Shown here: positions 42,190-51,815 of the stretch, in pieces
Position numbering within the stretch: the stretch's first letter is position 1
Layout of the letters: every line of letters begins with the position of its first letter
NCBI GenBank assembly: GCA_022827095.1
Contig: JAJDTP010000011.1
Span: 1,230-65,229, forward strand
Reading direction: 5' to 3'
From: Dehalococcoidia bacterium
GTDB taxonomy: Bacteria > Chloroflexota > Dehalococcoidia > Lucifugimonadales > UBA3495
DNA length: 64,000 bases
The notes under the pieces: model-generated
Databases searched by the model: none
Told to the model about the DNA's origin: nothing
What the model saw: the letters and a program-made list of their open reading frames with translations, nothing else
Position numbers and translations under genes: made by a program

Positions 42190-43596
42190 TTACTCGAACA
42201 GGTACTCGGTGGTCGCCACGATGGACTGCAGCATCTGCCCGACGCGGGTGCCGAACTCGTCGGTGCCGGTCCGCAGCTCGCCTTCGCTGTCCGCCAGCGC
42301 GATCAGCTCGTTGCGGGTGACGTCGGCCAACTGGTAGTGGCCGAGCAACTGCAGGCAGCCGTCCACGAGCCGCTCCGACGAAATGGTGGCGCCCTCGGAA
42401 CCCAGGCGGCTGATGATCGCTTGCACGCCGCGGTGGGAGGTGTCGCCCACTGCGTCGGCGGTGAAGTTGATGCGCTCCACTAGGGTGCCGCTGTCGATCC
42501 ACTCGCGGCCGGTGTGCCAGCCCTCCACGGTGGGTGGGTTGAGCAGGTCCTGGCCCATGTAGCGGATGGTCAGGGTCATGGCGTTCAGGCCGGGGCGCGG
42601 CATGTCGAAGTCGCCGACCAGGCGCATGGTGCCCACGACGGTCTCGGTGGGGCTCTTCACCTTCTCGAACCGGGCGTTCTTGAAGAAGTCGGAGTTGAAC
42701 AGCACGCGCAGCATGGACCGGATGTCGTAGCCGGAGCGGAAGTACTCGTCTTCCAGCATCTTGACGGCTTCAGGATCGCGCGGCGGCGTGTTCTGCCAGG
42801 CGGGAACCTGCGGCTCATCGGCGACGAAGAAGTTGTACATGTGCCGCGCCACGAACCGGGCGGCTGCCGGCTGCCGGGCGACAATCTTGACGATGTCCTC
42901 GCCGTTGAAGTTGCCCGTCTCGCCCAGGAACGTCTTTTCCGTGTAGTCGTGGTCGGACGGATCGTAGATGAACGCGGCCTCGTACTTGCCATACGGATAG
43001 CGAGGAATGGAGTTCGTCACGGTCCACCCGGTGAACGCGCGGGCCGCTTCCTTGACGTCGTCCTCGGAGTAGTTGGCGTTGCCATCCATGCCGACGCCCA
43101 GGGAGAAGAGCTCCAGCAGCTCGCGGCCCCAGTTCTCGTTGATGGCGTCCTTGTGGCTCATGCAGTTGTCCAGGTAGAACACCATGGCCGGGTCCATGGA
43201 CAGGCCCATGAGCAGTTCCTCGAAGTTGCCGAACCCGAGGGTACGGAACATGTCGAGCTCGATATTCTGCTGCTTGGGATACTCGCACTTGGCGTGGCCC
43301 GTGCAGAAGATGTGGTGCCAGAACAGGGCGATCTTCTCCTCAAGCGGCCGCTTGGTGTTGATCATCCGGTAGGTCCACTCTTCCTGCTGACCCTCGAGGC
43401 CCGCCTTGGACACCCACTGCGGCTGATAGCGCATCAGGATGTCATCCTGGATAGCGGGCTGGGACTCCGGGTTCAGCAGCTCTTCCACCGTGGCCTCGTA
43501 GCCCTTGGCGGCGCGCGCCTCCAGTTCCTCATAGGTCGCCCCGAAACCGGCGCGGCGCATGAGGTGAGCCATCAAGGCAATGTCTTGTTCTGCCAT
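42190..43596 (-). CDS. DUF1800 family protein
   Basis: Trimmed to ATG 43596, preceded by AGGAGG. Motifs: HLMRRAGFGATYEE, LFWHHIFCTG. It lies 16 nt upstream of the DUF1501 gene. Confidence 0.8.
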   Translation of the reverse strand: MAEQDIALMAHLMRRAGFGATYEELEARAAKGYEATVEELLNPESQPAIQDDILMRYQPQWVSKAGLEGQQEEWTYRMINTKRPLEEKIALFWHHIFCTGHAKCEYPKQQNIELDMFRTLGFGNFEELLMGLSMDPAMVFYLDNCMSHKDAINENWGRELLELFSLGVGMDGNANYSEDDVKEAARAFTGWTVTNSIPRYPYGKYEAAFIYDPSDHDYTEKTFLGETGNFNGEDIVKIVARQPAAARFVARHMYNFFVADEPQVPAWQNTPPRDPEAVKMLEDEYFRSGYDIRSMLRVLFNSDFFKNARFEKVKSPTETVVGTMRLVGDFDMPRPGLNAMTLTIRYMGQDLLNPPTVEGWHTGREWIDSGTLVERINFTADAVGDTSHRGVQAIISRLGSEGATISSERLVDGCLQLLGHYQLADVTRNELIALADSEGELRTGTDEFGTRVGQMLQSIVATTEYLFE

Positions 43597-43842
43597 CCTG
43601 TTACCTCCTGGATCCTGGTTTTTGACGCAACTAACCACCAACTTCCCGGCGGGTGATGTCCCTACCGGGTTTGGCGCCGGAACGTGTCGAAACGGCCGTT
43701 TCTTCGGGCACGCCACGGCGGTTGGCAGCAATTCGTTAATTTGTCCGCCATGCTAGCCCGAATGGCTCAATACGTCAATGTTTTCTATTATGAAAACACA
43801 TATGGAAATTCATCGCTCCGTCCTGCCAATGAACCATCAATC

Positions 43843-43979
43843 CTCACGCGTACCCGGTTTCGCCCGATTTGTCATCGCGAGCGAAGCGTGGCAATCTCGC
43901 CAGGGTGACGGACGCCGCCGTCGGAACGAGATCGCCGCGTCGCTGCACTCCTCGCGATGACAAAGTGGGTACGCGTGAG
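43843..43979. repeat. nested palindromic element: family-2 MITE/REP-like core (43871-43961) inside a 13-bp outer inverted repeat
   Basis: Core terminal repeats are GTCATCGCGAG / CTCGCGATGAC with GGCAATCTC / GAGATCGCC sub-terminal arms. Outer arms are CTCACGCGTACCC (43843-43855) and GGGTACGCGTGAG (43967-43979). Confidence 0.55.
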
Positions 43980-44230
43980 ACGATCAATCTGAGATTCAAG
44001 CAATTGACAGCCGCCTGACCCCGGAGTTGCTTGCGTTCAACATCATGAGCCGTCCATTCGGGCGGATGATATCGCTATGAGCCAGTAAAACGCAGTCGCG
44101 GCCCATCCCGGCGCGGGATCGATTACAATCGCCCGGTGATCGGTGTATTGCGCAAATTGCCGTTTGGCCGGCGAGGCTGGCAGTGGTCGGAGGCCTCGGC
44201 GTCGTCATCAATGGTAGCCGGGGCTGAATA

Positions 44231-45502
44231 TTGCTAGAAACCCAGGCTTCACGAGGCCGCGCGGCTTCCTATGCCACGCGGATACTGAGTCCGTGGCGCT
44301 CGTACAACTTCCGGTGGTATTGGACCGGGTCGGCTACCCAGGCCCTCTCCCAGGGGGCGCAAATGCTCGTCCTGAGCTGGCTGGTGCTGGAAGTCAGCGG
44401 ATCGAGCACGAAGGTGGGTTTGACGCTGTTCCTCTACGGGCTGCCCAACGTCGGGCTGCTGATGGTCGGAGGGGTGATCGCCGATCGCATCGACCGGAAG
44501 CGACTGCTGATAACGATCCAACTGGCCGTGGGGGCATCGATCTCAGCGCTGGCGGCATTGTCGTTGACCGGCGTGGTCGCCGTCTGGCACGTCTACGTAG
44601 CCGCCGCGTTGTTGGGGTCTTTGCAGGCGTTGAACCAGCCGGCACGAGTGGCCATGGTCGCCGACCTGGTGGACCAGCGCGCCCTGCTGGACGCGGTGGC
44701 CCACTTCAACGCCGCCGTGCACATCGGACGGATCGTCGGGCCGCCACTGGTTGGCGCGATTATCGACCACTGGAGCATCAGCGCCGCGCTCCTGGCGAAC
44801 GTTGCGTGCTACGTGATCAGCGTGGCGTGCGTGGCGAGGATCTGCCCCATACCACGAGAATCGAGACCGGCATCCCAACCGATAATGCGGAACTTCACGG
44901 ACGGGATGGCCCAGATCTGGCGTGCGCCGGTGCTGCTCACCGTCCTGGTGCTGGCCTGTGCGTGGGGCGGTTTCGGCATGAGCCACCTTGCGGTGATCCC
45001 GGCCTTCGCCAAGGAACACCTGGGCACCGAGGCGTCGGGAGCCGGCCTGCTACTGCTGGCCTCCGGCGTTGGTTCGCTGTTGGGGAATATGCTCATCACC
45101 TTAATGCACCGGGCGTGGCTGTACCGATGGCTGCTGGTCTGCCTGGTGTCCTTCTGCGTCTGTCTGACCCTGTTCAGTTGGTCGAACTGGTTCTGGGTGT
45201 CGTGGTCGCTATTTCTGCTGTTGGGGATTCTCAGCCTGGGAACCGTCTGGCCCCTGGCCACCACCATCCTGCAACTGTCGACGCCCGCCGAGATACGGGG
45301 CCGGGTGATGGGGGTGCTGCACTTCACGCCGGGGTTCCATAACCTCGGGGCGCTGCCGCTGGCGGCGGCCGCCGGCTGGATGGGTTGGTCCTCCGCCATC
45401 AGCATAGCCGCCGGACTGTGCCTGCTGGTGACGCTGTGGTTCGGTCTGGGCCGGGCGGCGGGACGGCAGCTGGCCCAGACTCCAGCCACTCAGGCAGCCT
45501 AG
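44231..45502 (+). CDS. MFS transporter (EntS/MFS_3-like)
   Basis: 423 aa, about 12 hydrophobic segments. The N-terminal pattern FRWYWTGSATQALSQG ... GGVIADRIDRKRLL fits the family. The TTG start is uncertain. Confidence 0.8.
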   Translation: MLETQASRGRAASYATRILSPWRSYNFRWYWTGSATQALSQGAQMLVLSWLVLEVSGSSTKVGLTLFLYGLPNVGLLMVGGVIADRIDRKRLLITIQLAVGASISALAALSLTGVVAVWHVYVAAALLGSLQALNQPARVAMVADLVDQRALLDAVAHFNAAVHIGRIVGPPLVGAIIDHWSISAALLANVACYVISVACVARICPIPRESRPASQPIMRNFTDGMAQIWRAPVLLTVLVLACAWGGFGMSHLAVIPAFAKEHLGTEASGAGLLLLASGVGSLLGNMLITLMHRAWLYRWLLVCLVSFCVCLTLFSWSNWFWVSWSLFLLLGILSLGTVWPLATTILQLSTPAEIRGRVMGVLHFTPGFHNLGALPLAAAAGWMGWSSAISIAAGLCLLVTLWFGLGRAAGRQLAQTPATQAA

Positions 45503-45547
45503 AGCCAGAATGCACGGCCCCCCAAGGCCGATGAGTGCGGCGGTCGG

Positions 45548-46954
45548 TTAGTCGTTGCCACCCGCCGGGCTGGCCGCGGCCGCCACCGGTCGCGCCGTAC
45601 CCCGGAAGTAGATATCGCGCCAAAAGCCGCTGCCGATCACCGTGCCGACAACCACCAGCGTGAACGCTGCGCCCGCCACCGACATGACCAAACCCGCGGA
45701 CCAGAAGTCCGCCATGCGTCCGTACAGCAGGTTGGCGAAGGCCATGCTGCCGCCAATATGCATGGAGTAGGCCGCGGAGACCCGGCCCCGAATATCGTCG
45801 GGGACCACCGACTGGATGACGGTGTGGGTGATGGTCATGAACCCGGAGGTTCCGAGGCCCATCATCACCGCGGCGATCACTGAAATGCCAGTTTGGGAGG
45901 ACAACCCCATACCGATTGGCGTCAGGCTGCTGGTGAAGCCCAGCAACAGGAACACCTTGCCGCGCGTCATGTGGTTAACGATGCCGCCCACGAACAACGA
46001 TGAGAACAGAGCGCCAATGCCAAGGGCGGCCATCAGGGCGTAAACGTCGTTCGGGTTGAACGTTATCCCGTCGGGCGAGAGTTTCTCCAACGCCAGGGGC
46101 GGCAGCATGGACTCGAAGGACATCACCAGCACGCAGTGCGCCAGCGCCATCATGAGTATCCCGAAGACCAGCGGCGTGCTGTAGACATAGGTGAACCCGG
46201 CAACCGCGTTGGACCAGAAACTGCGCCGCCGGTCGACCACACCCGACGAAATGGTCCGGATGTTGAGCGCAGACGTCAAAGCCGTGAGGTAGAAAGCCGC
46301 GCACGCCCAGAACACAATCGCGGACGTGCCCAGCGTGATCAACAGGTTCTGCAGGGAGAACGAGATTCCGCCGGACCCGAATATGGCGCTGCTTCCCACT
46401 GTGGCCGAAATCGCCAGCAGGATGGCCGGACCCACGGCGCGCGACCCCTGCTGCATGGCCTGGTTCAGGGCAACCGCGTTGGGCAAGCGGTCCCGGTCCA
46501 CCAGGTTGGGTGTCAGAGACTGGGATGCGGTCATCTGCGTGGAGCGTAGTGTCCCGTTCACGACCGCCAGCGCCACGACGTACCACGGGTTGCTGACACC
46601 GGTCATCACCAGGATAGCCATGATAGACGCCTGGCCAATCTGGAGCGCATAGACCCATTGCAGCAGGGTCTTTCGGGTCATTTTGTCGGCCAGGTATCCG
46701 ATGAATGGGGTGGCAAAGAAACGCGGCGACATGGCCGCGAAGGTGATCAGTCCAACCCAAAGCCCCTGCGTGCCCTGCAACTCGGGGATGCTGTACACCC
46801 ACGCCCCCCGCGCCACGATCAGGGCCCAAGCGCCGCTGCTGCTGCACAGCGTGGAAAAGGCCAGGAAGCGAAAGTCTCGAAATACCAGCGCCGCCAGAAA
46901 CCGATGCCCCCTCTGGGCGAAGAAGTTGGGTTGCGGTGCTGGGGTTGTTGACAT
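45548..46954 (-). CDS. MFS transporter
   Basis: 468 aa, multiple hydrophobic segments. FRDFRFLAFSTLCSS and GYLADKMTRKTLL are typical MFS_3-like features. Confidence 0.8.
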   Translation of the reverse strand: MSTTPAPQPNFFAQRGHRFLAALVFRDFRFLAFSTLCSSSGAWALIVARGAWVYSIPELQGTQGLWVGLITFAAMSPRFFATPFIGYLADKMTRKTLLQWVYALQIGQASIMAILVMTGVSNPWYVVALAVVNGTLRSTQMTASQSLTPNLVDRDRLPNAVALNQAMQQGSRAVGPAILLAISATVGSSAIFGSGGISFSLQNLLITLGTSAIVFWACAAFYLTALTSALNIRTISSGVVDRRRSFWSNAVAGFTYVYSTPLVFGILMMALAHCVLVMSFESMLPPLALEKLSPDGITFNPNDVYALMAALGIGALFSSLFVGGIVNHMTRGKVFLLLGFTSSLTPIGMGLSSQTGISVIAAVMMGLGTSGFMTITHTVIQSVVPDDIRGRVSAAYSMHIGGSMAFANLLYGRMADFWSAGLVMSVAGAAFTLVVVGTVIGSGFWRDIYFRGTARPVAAAASPAGGND

Positions 46955-47124
46955 GTAGCGTCTCCGGCCGTGTCAAATAGCGGGCTGGCACGGCGTCGAA
47001 GCCTGATGCTCACCTTGCGGGTATCCGCGCATTGTACTCCAATTATTCGACGGATCGATACCTGGAGCCACGCGATATAACGTTTGGGCTACACATCGTG
47101 CGCAGGATTGGCTCCAAAGCGCAC

Positions 47125-47150
47125 GGGGGCGAGACTTTTGCCTCGCCCCC
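47125..47150. terminator. 9-bp GC hairpin downstream of the BNR-repeat gene
   Basis: GGGGGCGAG-acttttgc-CTCGCCCCC. Confidence 0.45.
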
Positions 47151-47197
47151 GCGACAGCCTCCGGCAGGAGACCTCCCTGATCCGTCTCAGGAAGGAA

Positions 47198-48169
47198 TCA
47201 GTTGGGCACCCACACGACGGCGCCGACCTCGGTGAACTCGCGGTTCACCTTGACCCACGAGTCGCCGGCGTCGTCGCTGGAGTACAGCTCGCCCATGAGG
47301 CTGGAAGCCACGACGAAGTCGGGATCCGCCGGATGAGTCGCAAACTGCCAGATGTTGGAGTTGGGCTCCACCGGTAGCGGGCGTCGCTCCCAAGTTTGGC
47401 CGGCGTCCGTGGAGCGCTGGATGGCGCCCGCGCCGCCGATGGCGGTGTCGCCCACGCCGGCGAAGATCACGCTGGGGTCGTCGGGCTTTACAGCGATGCC
47501 GCGGCTGTAGGGCAGCACAAACTGGTCGGTGGTTGCCACCGACTGCCAGCTTTCGCCCATGTCCGTGGTTGCGTAGATTTCGCGCGGGGTGCTGGCCAGC
47601 ACCCGGTTGGGCTCGCCTAGGCCGATGGCCATGCCGTGGATGTCGGGGTGGAGGCCGCCCTCGACGTGGGTCCAGGTGTCCCCGCCGTCCAGGCTCCGGT
47701 AAACGCCATCCACCTCAACGCCGGCCCAGACGGTGCGGTGGTCCTTCGGGTCCACCATCAGCATGGTCACCATGGGCGGGCCGATGTGGCACTCCTGGGC
47801 CATCTGGACGGACAGTTTGGTCCAGCTCGCGCCGTCGTCCCGCGTCCGGAACAGGGCCGCCGGCTTGATGCCCACGAATACGGTGTCGGTGTCCTCCGGA
47901 TCGATGGCGATGGACCAGATTGGCACGCCGTCCATTGGCGACCAGAGCTTTTCCCAGGAGGCGCCCTTGTCCTCGCTCCGGTAGATGCCGTTGTCGGCGC
48001 CCGCGATGATGCGACTGGGGTTGTCGGGATACACCGCCATCGCTCGGACCTGGCTGCCCAATGGGAATGGGTCGCGGATTCGGGTCCAACTCTCTCCACC
48101 GTCCGGGCTGTGCCAAACGCCGCCGCCGAACCCCGTGGCTCCAACGCAAATGCTGTGGTTCTTGCTCAT
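47198..48169 (-). CDS. BNR/Asp-box repeat beta-propeller protein (sortilin/Ycf48-like)
   Basis: Trimmed to ATG 48169 (MSKNHS). Seven SxDxGxxW-type Asp-boxes are present: SPDGGESW, SEDKGASW, TRDDGASW, SLDGGDTW, TTDMGESW, STDAGQTW, SDDAGDSW. Confidence 0.8.
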   Translation of the reverse strand: MSKNHSICVGATGFGGGVWHSPDGGESWTRIRDPFPLGSQVRAMAVYPDNPSRIIAGADNGIYRSEDKGASWEKLWSPMDGVPIWSIAIDPEDTDTVFVGIKPAALFRTRDDGASWTKLSVQMAQECHIGPPMVTMLMVDPKDHRTVWAGVEVDGVYRSLDGGDTWTHVEGGLHPDIHGMAIGLGEPNRVLASTPREIYATTDMGESWQSVATTDQFVLPYSRGIAVKPDDPSVIFAGVGDTAIGGAGAIQRSTDAGQTWERRPLPVEPNSNIWQFATHPADPDFVVASSLMGELYSSDDAGDSWVKVNREFTEVGAVVWVPN

Positions 48170-48227
48170 AACACTCCCCCCTTCAAATCGTGCCGTCGAT
48201 TTTACAAACGCGGTTGAATGGAAAGCC

Positions 48228-49250
48228 CTATCCCGGCAGTTCTGTAATGGAAATCCAGCCTGGTCCTTCACCCAACGGATGCGTTCCCACGCGGGACAGT
48301 TCTCCCGAATCCCCGACGCCGAAGATGGCCATCTGGCCCGAATCTTGGCCGGCGGAATAGATGAACCGGTCCTGGAGGTCCAGGCACAGGGCGTTGGGCC
48401 TCGGCTCGGATTGGACGATGCCATTGGATGTCAGCGCTCCGGTTTCCGCGTCCACCGTGTAGCAGGCGATGCTGTCGTGGCCCCGGTTGGGGGCGTACAG
48501 GAACCGGCCCGAGGACGTGATCTGGATCTGCGAGCAGGTGTTGCGCTCGCCGAACCCTTCGGGCGGCAGGGTGGTCACGGTCTGGAACAGCGACAGCGTG
48601 CCGTTGGAGGTGTCCAAGTTGTACGCGCTCACGCTGCAACCCTGCTCGTTGGAGAAGTAGAGCACGTCCAACGATGGGTGGAAGCAGAAATGGCGCGGCC
48701 CGAGGAACTCCTCAGGGTCAACAGTGGCCGGCGAGTTGAGCGTGATTTGGCCGGTGTTCTCGTCGAACCGGAACTGCCAGATGGAGTTGGGCCCGTTGCC
48801 CGCGATGTGCGGCACGAAGGCGTAGGCATTGGTTGGGTCGGTCTGCATGGCGTGGGCGCCGGTGGCGGTTTCCAGGGATACGACGGCGTCCCCGCCCACC
48901 GAGCCGTCATCGCCGATGGGATGCACCGCCACGCGCGCGCCCTGGTAGTAGGACGACAGCACGAAGCGACCCCGGCGGTCGGTTGCCACGTAGACGGGCC
49001 AGGCGTCCAGTGGGACGGACCCGTTTCGGGTCAGGCCGCCGCTGGCCTGGTCAATCTCGAAGCTGACCAGTTGGGTGATCTCCCGGCAGCCCACGTAGAG
49101 GAACCGGCGGTCGGGGCTGATGGCCATGGTGAACGGGCCGCCGTCCACGGAGACATCGGACTGCAAGGTCATGCCGCCCGTATCGGGGTCGATGGTGAAG
49201 ACGGAGATCTTGTTGTCGCCCTGCACGGCAACGTACATGTAATAAGGCAT
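48228..49250 (-). CDS. lactonase, 7-bladed beta-propeller (6-phosphogluconolactonase/muconate lactonizing-like) family
   Basis: 340 aa. MYVAVQGDNKISVFTIDPDTGGMT and the repeated G..P..xx.sPDgrFLYv pattern fit the family. Confidence 0.8.
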   Translation of the reverse strand: MPYYMYVAVQGDNKISVFTIDPDTGGMTLQSDVSVDGGPFTMAISPDRRFLYVGCREITQLVSFEIDQASGGLTRNGSVPLDAWPVYVATDRRGRFVLSSYYQGARVAVHPIGDDGSVGGDAVVSLETATGAHAMQTDPTNAYAFVPHIAGNGPNSIWQFRFDENTGQITLNSPATVDPEEFLGPRHFCFHPSLDVLYFSNEQGCSVSAYNLDTSNGTLSLFQTVTTLPPEGFGERNTCSQIQITSSGRFLYAPNRGHDSIACYTVDAETGALTSNGIVQSEPRPNALCLDLQDRFIYSAGQDSGQMAIFGVGDSGELSRVGTHPLGEGPGWISITELPG

Positions 49251-49298
49251 CGCTTCTTCTCCCTGGTTGATATGCGGCGGGCGGTGTTGACGCCGGTG

Positions 49299-49754
49299 TT
49301 ACCCGGTGGGCGGACCGTAGCCGGGCTTGCGGGCCCAGACCATGCCGTCCGGATCGTGGGCGATTTCGACGGTGTTGCCCCTGGAGTCGCGCAGGCCCAG
49401 CGGGTGCTGGACCAGTTCGATCATGTTGCCGTCGGGATCACTGATGTAGGTGGAGTGGCCGCCGCTGTACTCGCGGACGCTGGGCGGAGTGTATTCCACG
49501 CCAAGGGCGTCCAGATTGCCGATCATCTCCTCCCAGTCGTGGATCTCCACGGCGAAGTGTCCCGACGGGTTGGGATTCGGCGTGAACGTGCTGTGGATCT
49601 CGCCGTTGCCGATTCTCAACTGCAGTTGACGCTGGTTCAGTTCGGGTCCGCGATCCAGGAACTCCGCTCCAAAAACCTTCTCGTACCAGTCCCGGCTCCG
49701 GTCCTTGTCGCTGATCTGGATGTTGATGTGCTGGATCATCGTAACTCGCGACAT
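49299..49754 (-). CDS. VOC (glyoxalase-like) family protein
   Basis: Trimmed to Met 49754 (or 49739). Motifs: IQHINIQISD, GHFAVEIHD, YISDPDGNMIEL. Confidence 0.7.
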   Translation of the reverse strand: MSRVTMIQHINIQISDKDRSRDWYEKVFGAEFLDRGPELNQRQLQLRIGNGEIHSTFTPNPNPSGHFAVEIHDWEEMIGNLDALGVEYTPPSVREYSGGHSTYISDPDGNMIELVQHPLGLRDSRGNTVEIAHDPDGMVWARKPGYGPPTG

Positions 49755-49881
49755 GATCGCACTCCTTTTTCGTGGCTTTCCCCTTTCATGTTGTCGGATT
49801 ACTACCAAAATCACGCTTTGGGCGCAAGTGTAAGGCCGTGAGACCGGCACGGATGGGTCGGACTCGTCAATCCAAAACAAC

Positions 49882-49911
49882 GGAGGGCCAGGTTCCGCAA
49901 CCCGGCCCTCC
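49882..49911. terminator. 11-bp hairpin (one mismatch) downstream of the alpha/beta hydrolase gene
   Basis: GGAGGGCCAGG-ttccgcaa-CCCGGCCCTCC. Confidence 0.45.
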
Positions 49912-49941
49912 TGCGTGCTCCGTCGTCCGTTACCTTCGTGC

Positions 49942-50817
49942 TCAGCCCAGGTGCTGACGGATGAACGCCGTCATGCGTTCCAGAGCCTCCTGCGCCACCT
50001 GGGTGGTCGGGTTCTCTAGCAGCCGCTCGCCTTGGCCTTCGAAGATCTTCACGTCGATGGGGCCGCCGGCCTTGCGGTACTGGGCGATGAATTCGTCCAG
50101 GTCCGGACGCGGGTGGGCTTCCTCGTAGGAGCGGGCCAGGCACAGCGTGGGCGGGAGTTCCATGCGCTCGCCGGCGGCCAGCGCGCGGGCCGGCGCCGCC
50201 TCGGCCATGGCCTCTTCGGTGACCCAGTACAGGTCGTGCATAGGACCAACCCGGTCAGCCATGCCGGCCGGCGGGGTCACATCGTCGCGCAGGCCCTTTG
50301 CGTACAGGTACCGGCCCAGCGGGTCGATCACCGGGGACACCATGATGACGCAGCCCAACGTGCCGTCCAGCGCCGAGGTGCCGTTCGACAGGGGCAGCGC
50401 CGCGTAGCGCGGATCGTTGGGACGCATACCCAAGAGCATGGCCTGGTGCGCGCCGCTGGAGGTGCCCATCGCGCCGACCTTGCCGGGAATGCTGTTCCAC
50501 GCCTCGGCTTGGGTCTTGCACCAACGGATTCCGTAGTGAATGTCCGCGAAGGACGCGGGATAGGATGCAACCGGCGGAACCCGAAAATCCAGGGCCGCCA
50601 CGATCACGCCGTTGCGGGCCAGAGCCTCGTTGGCAGCGTTGCCGTTCAGGCGGTCTCCCCTCACCCAGGCGCCGCCGTGCAACTCGACCATGATCGGGAA
50701 CGGTCCGGTTCCGCGAGGCTGGAACAATCGGGCCAGCAGCGGAGTATCGTCGTGGCGGAGATATTCCACGTCCTCGATGTCCACTTCGTAGGTTGTCGCT
50801 TGCTTGCTGGTGACCAT
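49942..50817 (-). CDS. alpha/beta hydrolase (fold-3 esterase/lipase-like)
   Basis: 291 aa. It has the oxyanion-hole motif HGGAW and the nucleophile region GAMGTSSGAH. Confidence 0.8.
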   Translation of the reverse strand: MVTSKQATTYEVDIEDVEYLRHDDTPLLARLFQPRGTGPFPIMVELHGGAWVRGDRLNGNAANEALARNGVIVAALDFRVPPVASYPASFADIHYGIRWCKTQAEAWNSIPGKVGAMGTSSGAHQAMLLGMRPNDPRYAALPLSNGTSALDGTLGCVIMVSPVIDPLGRYLYAKGLRDDVTPPAGMADRVGPMHDLYWVTEEAMAEAAPARALAAGERMELPPTLCLARSYEEAHPRPDLDEFIAQYRKAGGPIDVKIFEGQGERLLENPTTQVAQEALERMTAFIRQHLG

Positions 50818-50862
50818 GCTGAACCTCCCGTTCCGTTGTTGCCAATGTATCCGATGCTTTGC

Positions 50863-51687
50863 TCATTCCAGGTTGCGCAGCAGGCTGCCGTAACCGTTGA
50901 TCGGTTCAGTCCAGCCCACCCGACGCAGGGCCATCCAGATGGTGGCCTGGTTGACGGAGATTACCGTCTTGCCCAGTTTCTGCTCTAGCTCTTCCACCGC
51001 GTCCAGGGCGCGCCAGGCGGTGCCGGGCAGGAAGATGGTGTCAGCCTCGTCCTGGGCGACCGTGAGGGCAAAATCGATGATGGCCTGGGGCGGGTCCATG
51101 TCGATCTCCCTAGGGTTCATCGAGTCTTCCATCCACGGCGCACCGTCCGCGCTCAGAACCTCGAAGCCGGCCTCTTCCATCAGCGGCTTCAGGCGATTGC
51201 GCAGGTGGAAGTTGCGGTAAGGACCGGCGATGCTCAGTTTCCGGCTGCCCATGTGGCGCATGGCGGCGATGCAGGAGGCCACGGCGGTTATCGACTGCAC
51301 GCCACTGGCTTCCTCCATGAGCTTCGCCATCGCCTGGTCATAGGCCATGTAACCCTTGTGCCAGGTGCCGGAGGTGCAGGCGTAAACCAGGATGTCAGGA
51401 CCGATGTTGGACAGGACGCTGGCGCCGCGAGCCACGTCCTCGTTCATCTTGCCGACGTCGAAGCCGAACAGGGCGTAGTCGACCTCGTTGGCTTCCGCGC
51501 TGGTCATGCTGAGGCGATGGCCCGATTCGGCGGAGGTTTCCGGCTGGCTGCCCCAGGTGCCGTTCCACATTCGCTCGAAGTGGACGGTGATTTCCGGTGG
51601 CACCACCCGGTAGAAGTCAGGTTCCACCACCGGGTTGGTAGCGGGAACCAGCGCGCCGATGCGCTGCGTGTTGGTCAGATTAGCCAT
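50863..51687 (-). CDS. Asp/Glu/hydantoin racemase superfamily protein (maleate isomerase/arylmalonate decarboxylase-like)
   Basis: Trimmed to ATG 51687 (MANLTN). Motifs: IGALVPATNPVVEPDF, VYACTSGTW. Confidence 0.7.
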   Translation of the reverse strand: MANLTNTQRIGALVPATNPVVEPDFYRVVPPEITVHFERMWNGTWGSQPETSAESGHRLSMTSAEANEVDYALFGFDVGKMNEDVARGASVLSNIGPDILVYACTSGTWHKGYMAYDQAMAKLMEEASGVQSITAVASCIAAMRHMGSRKLSIAGPYRNFHLRNRLKPLMEEAGFEVLSADGAPWMEDSMNPREIDMDPPQAIIDFALTVAQDEADTIFLPGTAWRALDAVEELEQKLGKTVISVNQATIWMALRRVGWTEPINGYGSLLRNLE

Positions 51688-51815
51688 GTTTCGCTGCTCC
51701 AGGCCGTTTTCGAGCGTATTATACAGGCGGAATTGAGCACCCAACCCGGGTCAGCGCCGAGACCTGCGTGGGGTCAAAACACAGCAATAGCAACCGATTA
51801 TCGAGGAGAGAGACG

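Noticed and set aside
43996-44211. 71-aa minus-strand ORF in the long intergenic region
   Set aside because: It has no SD, odd composition and no family resemblance. It lies in a region better explained as divergent promoters plus repeats.
47985-49841. 618-aa ORF on the plus strand
   Set aside because: It runs antisense to the BNR propeller, lactonase and VOC genes. It is a shadow ORF.
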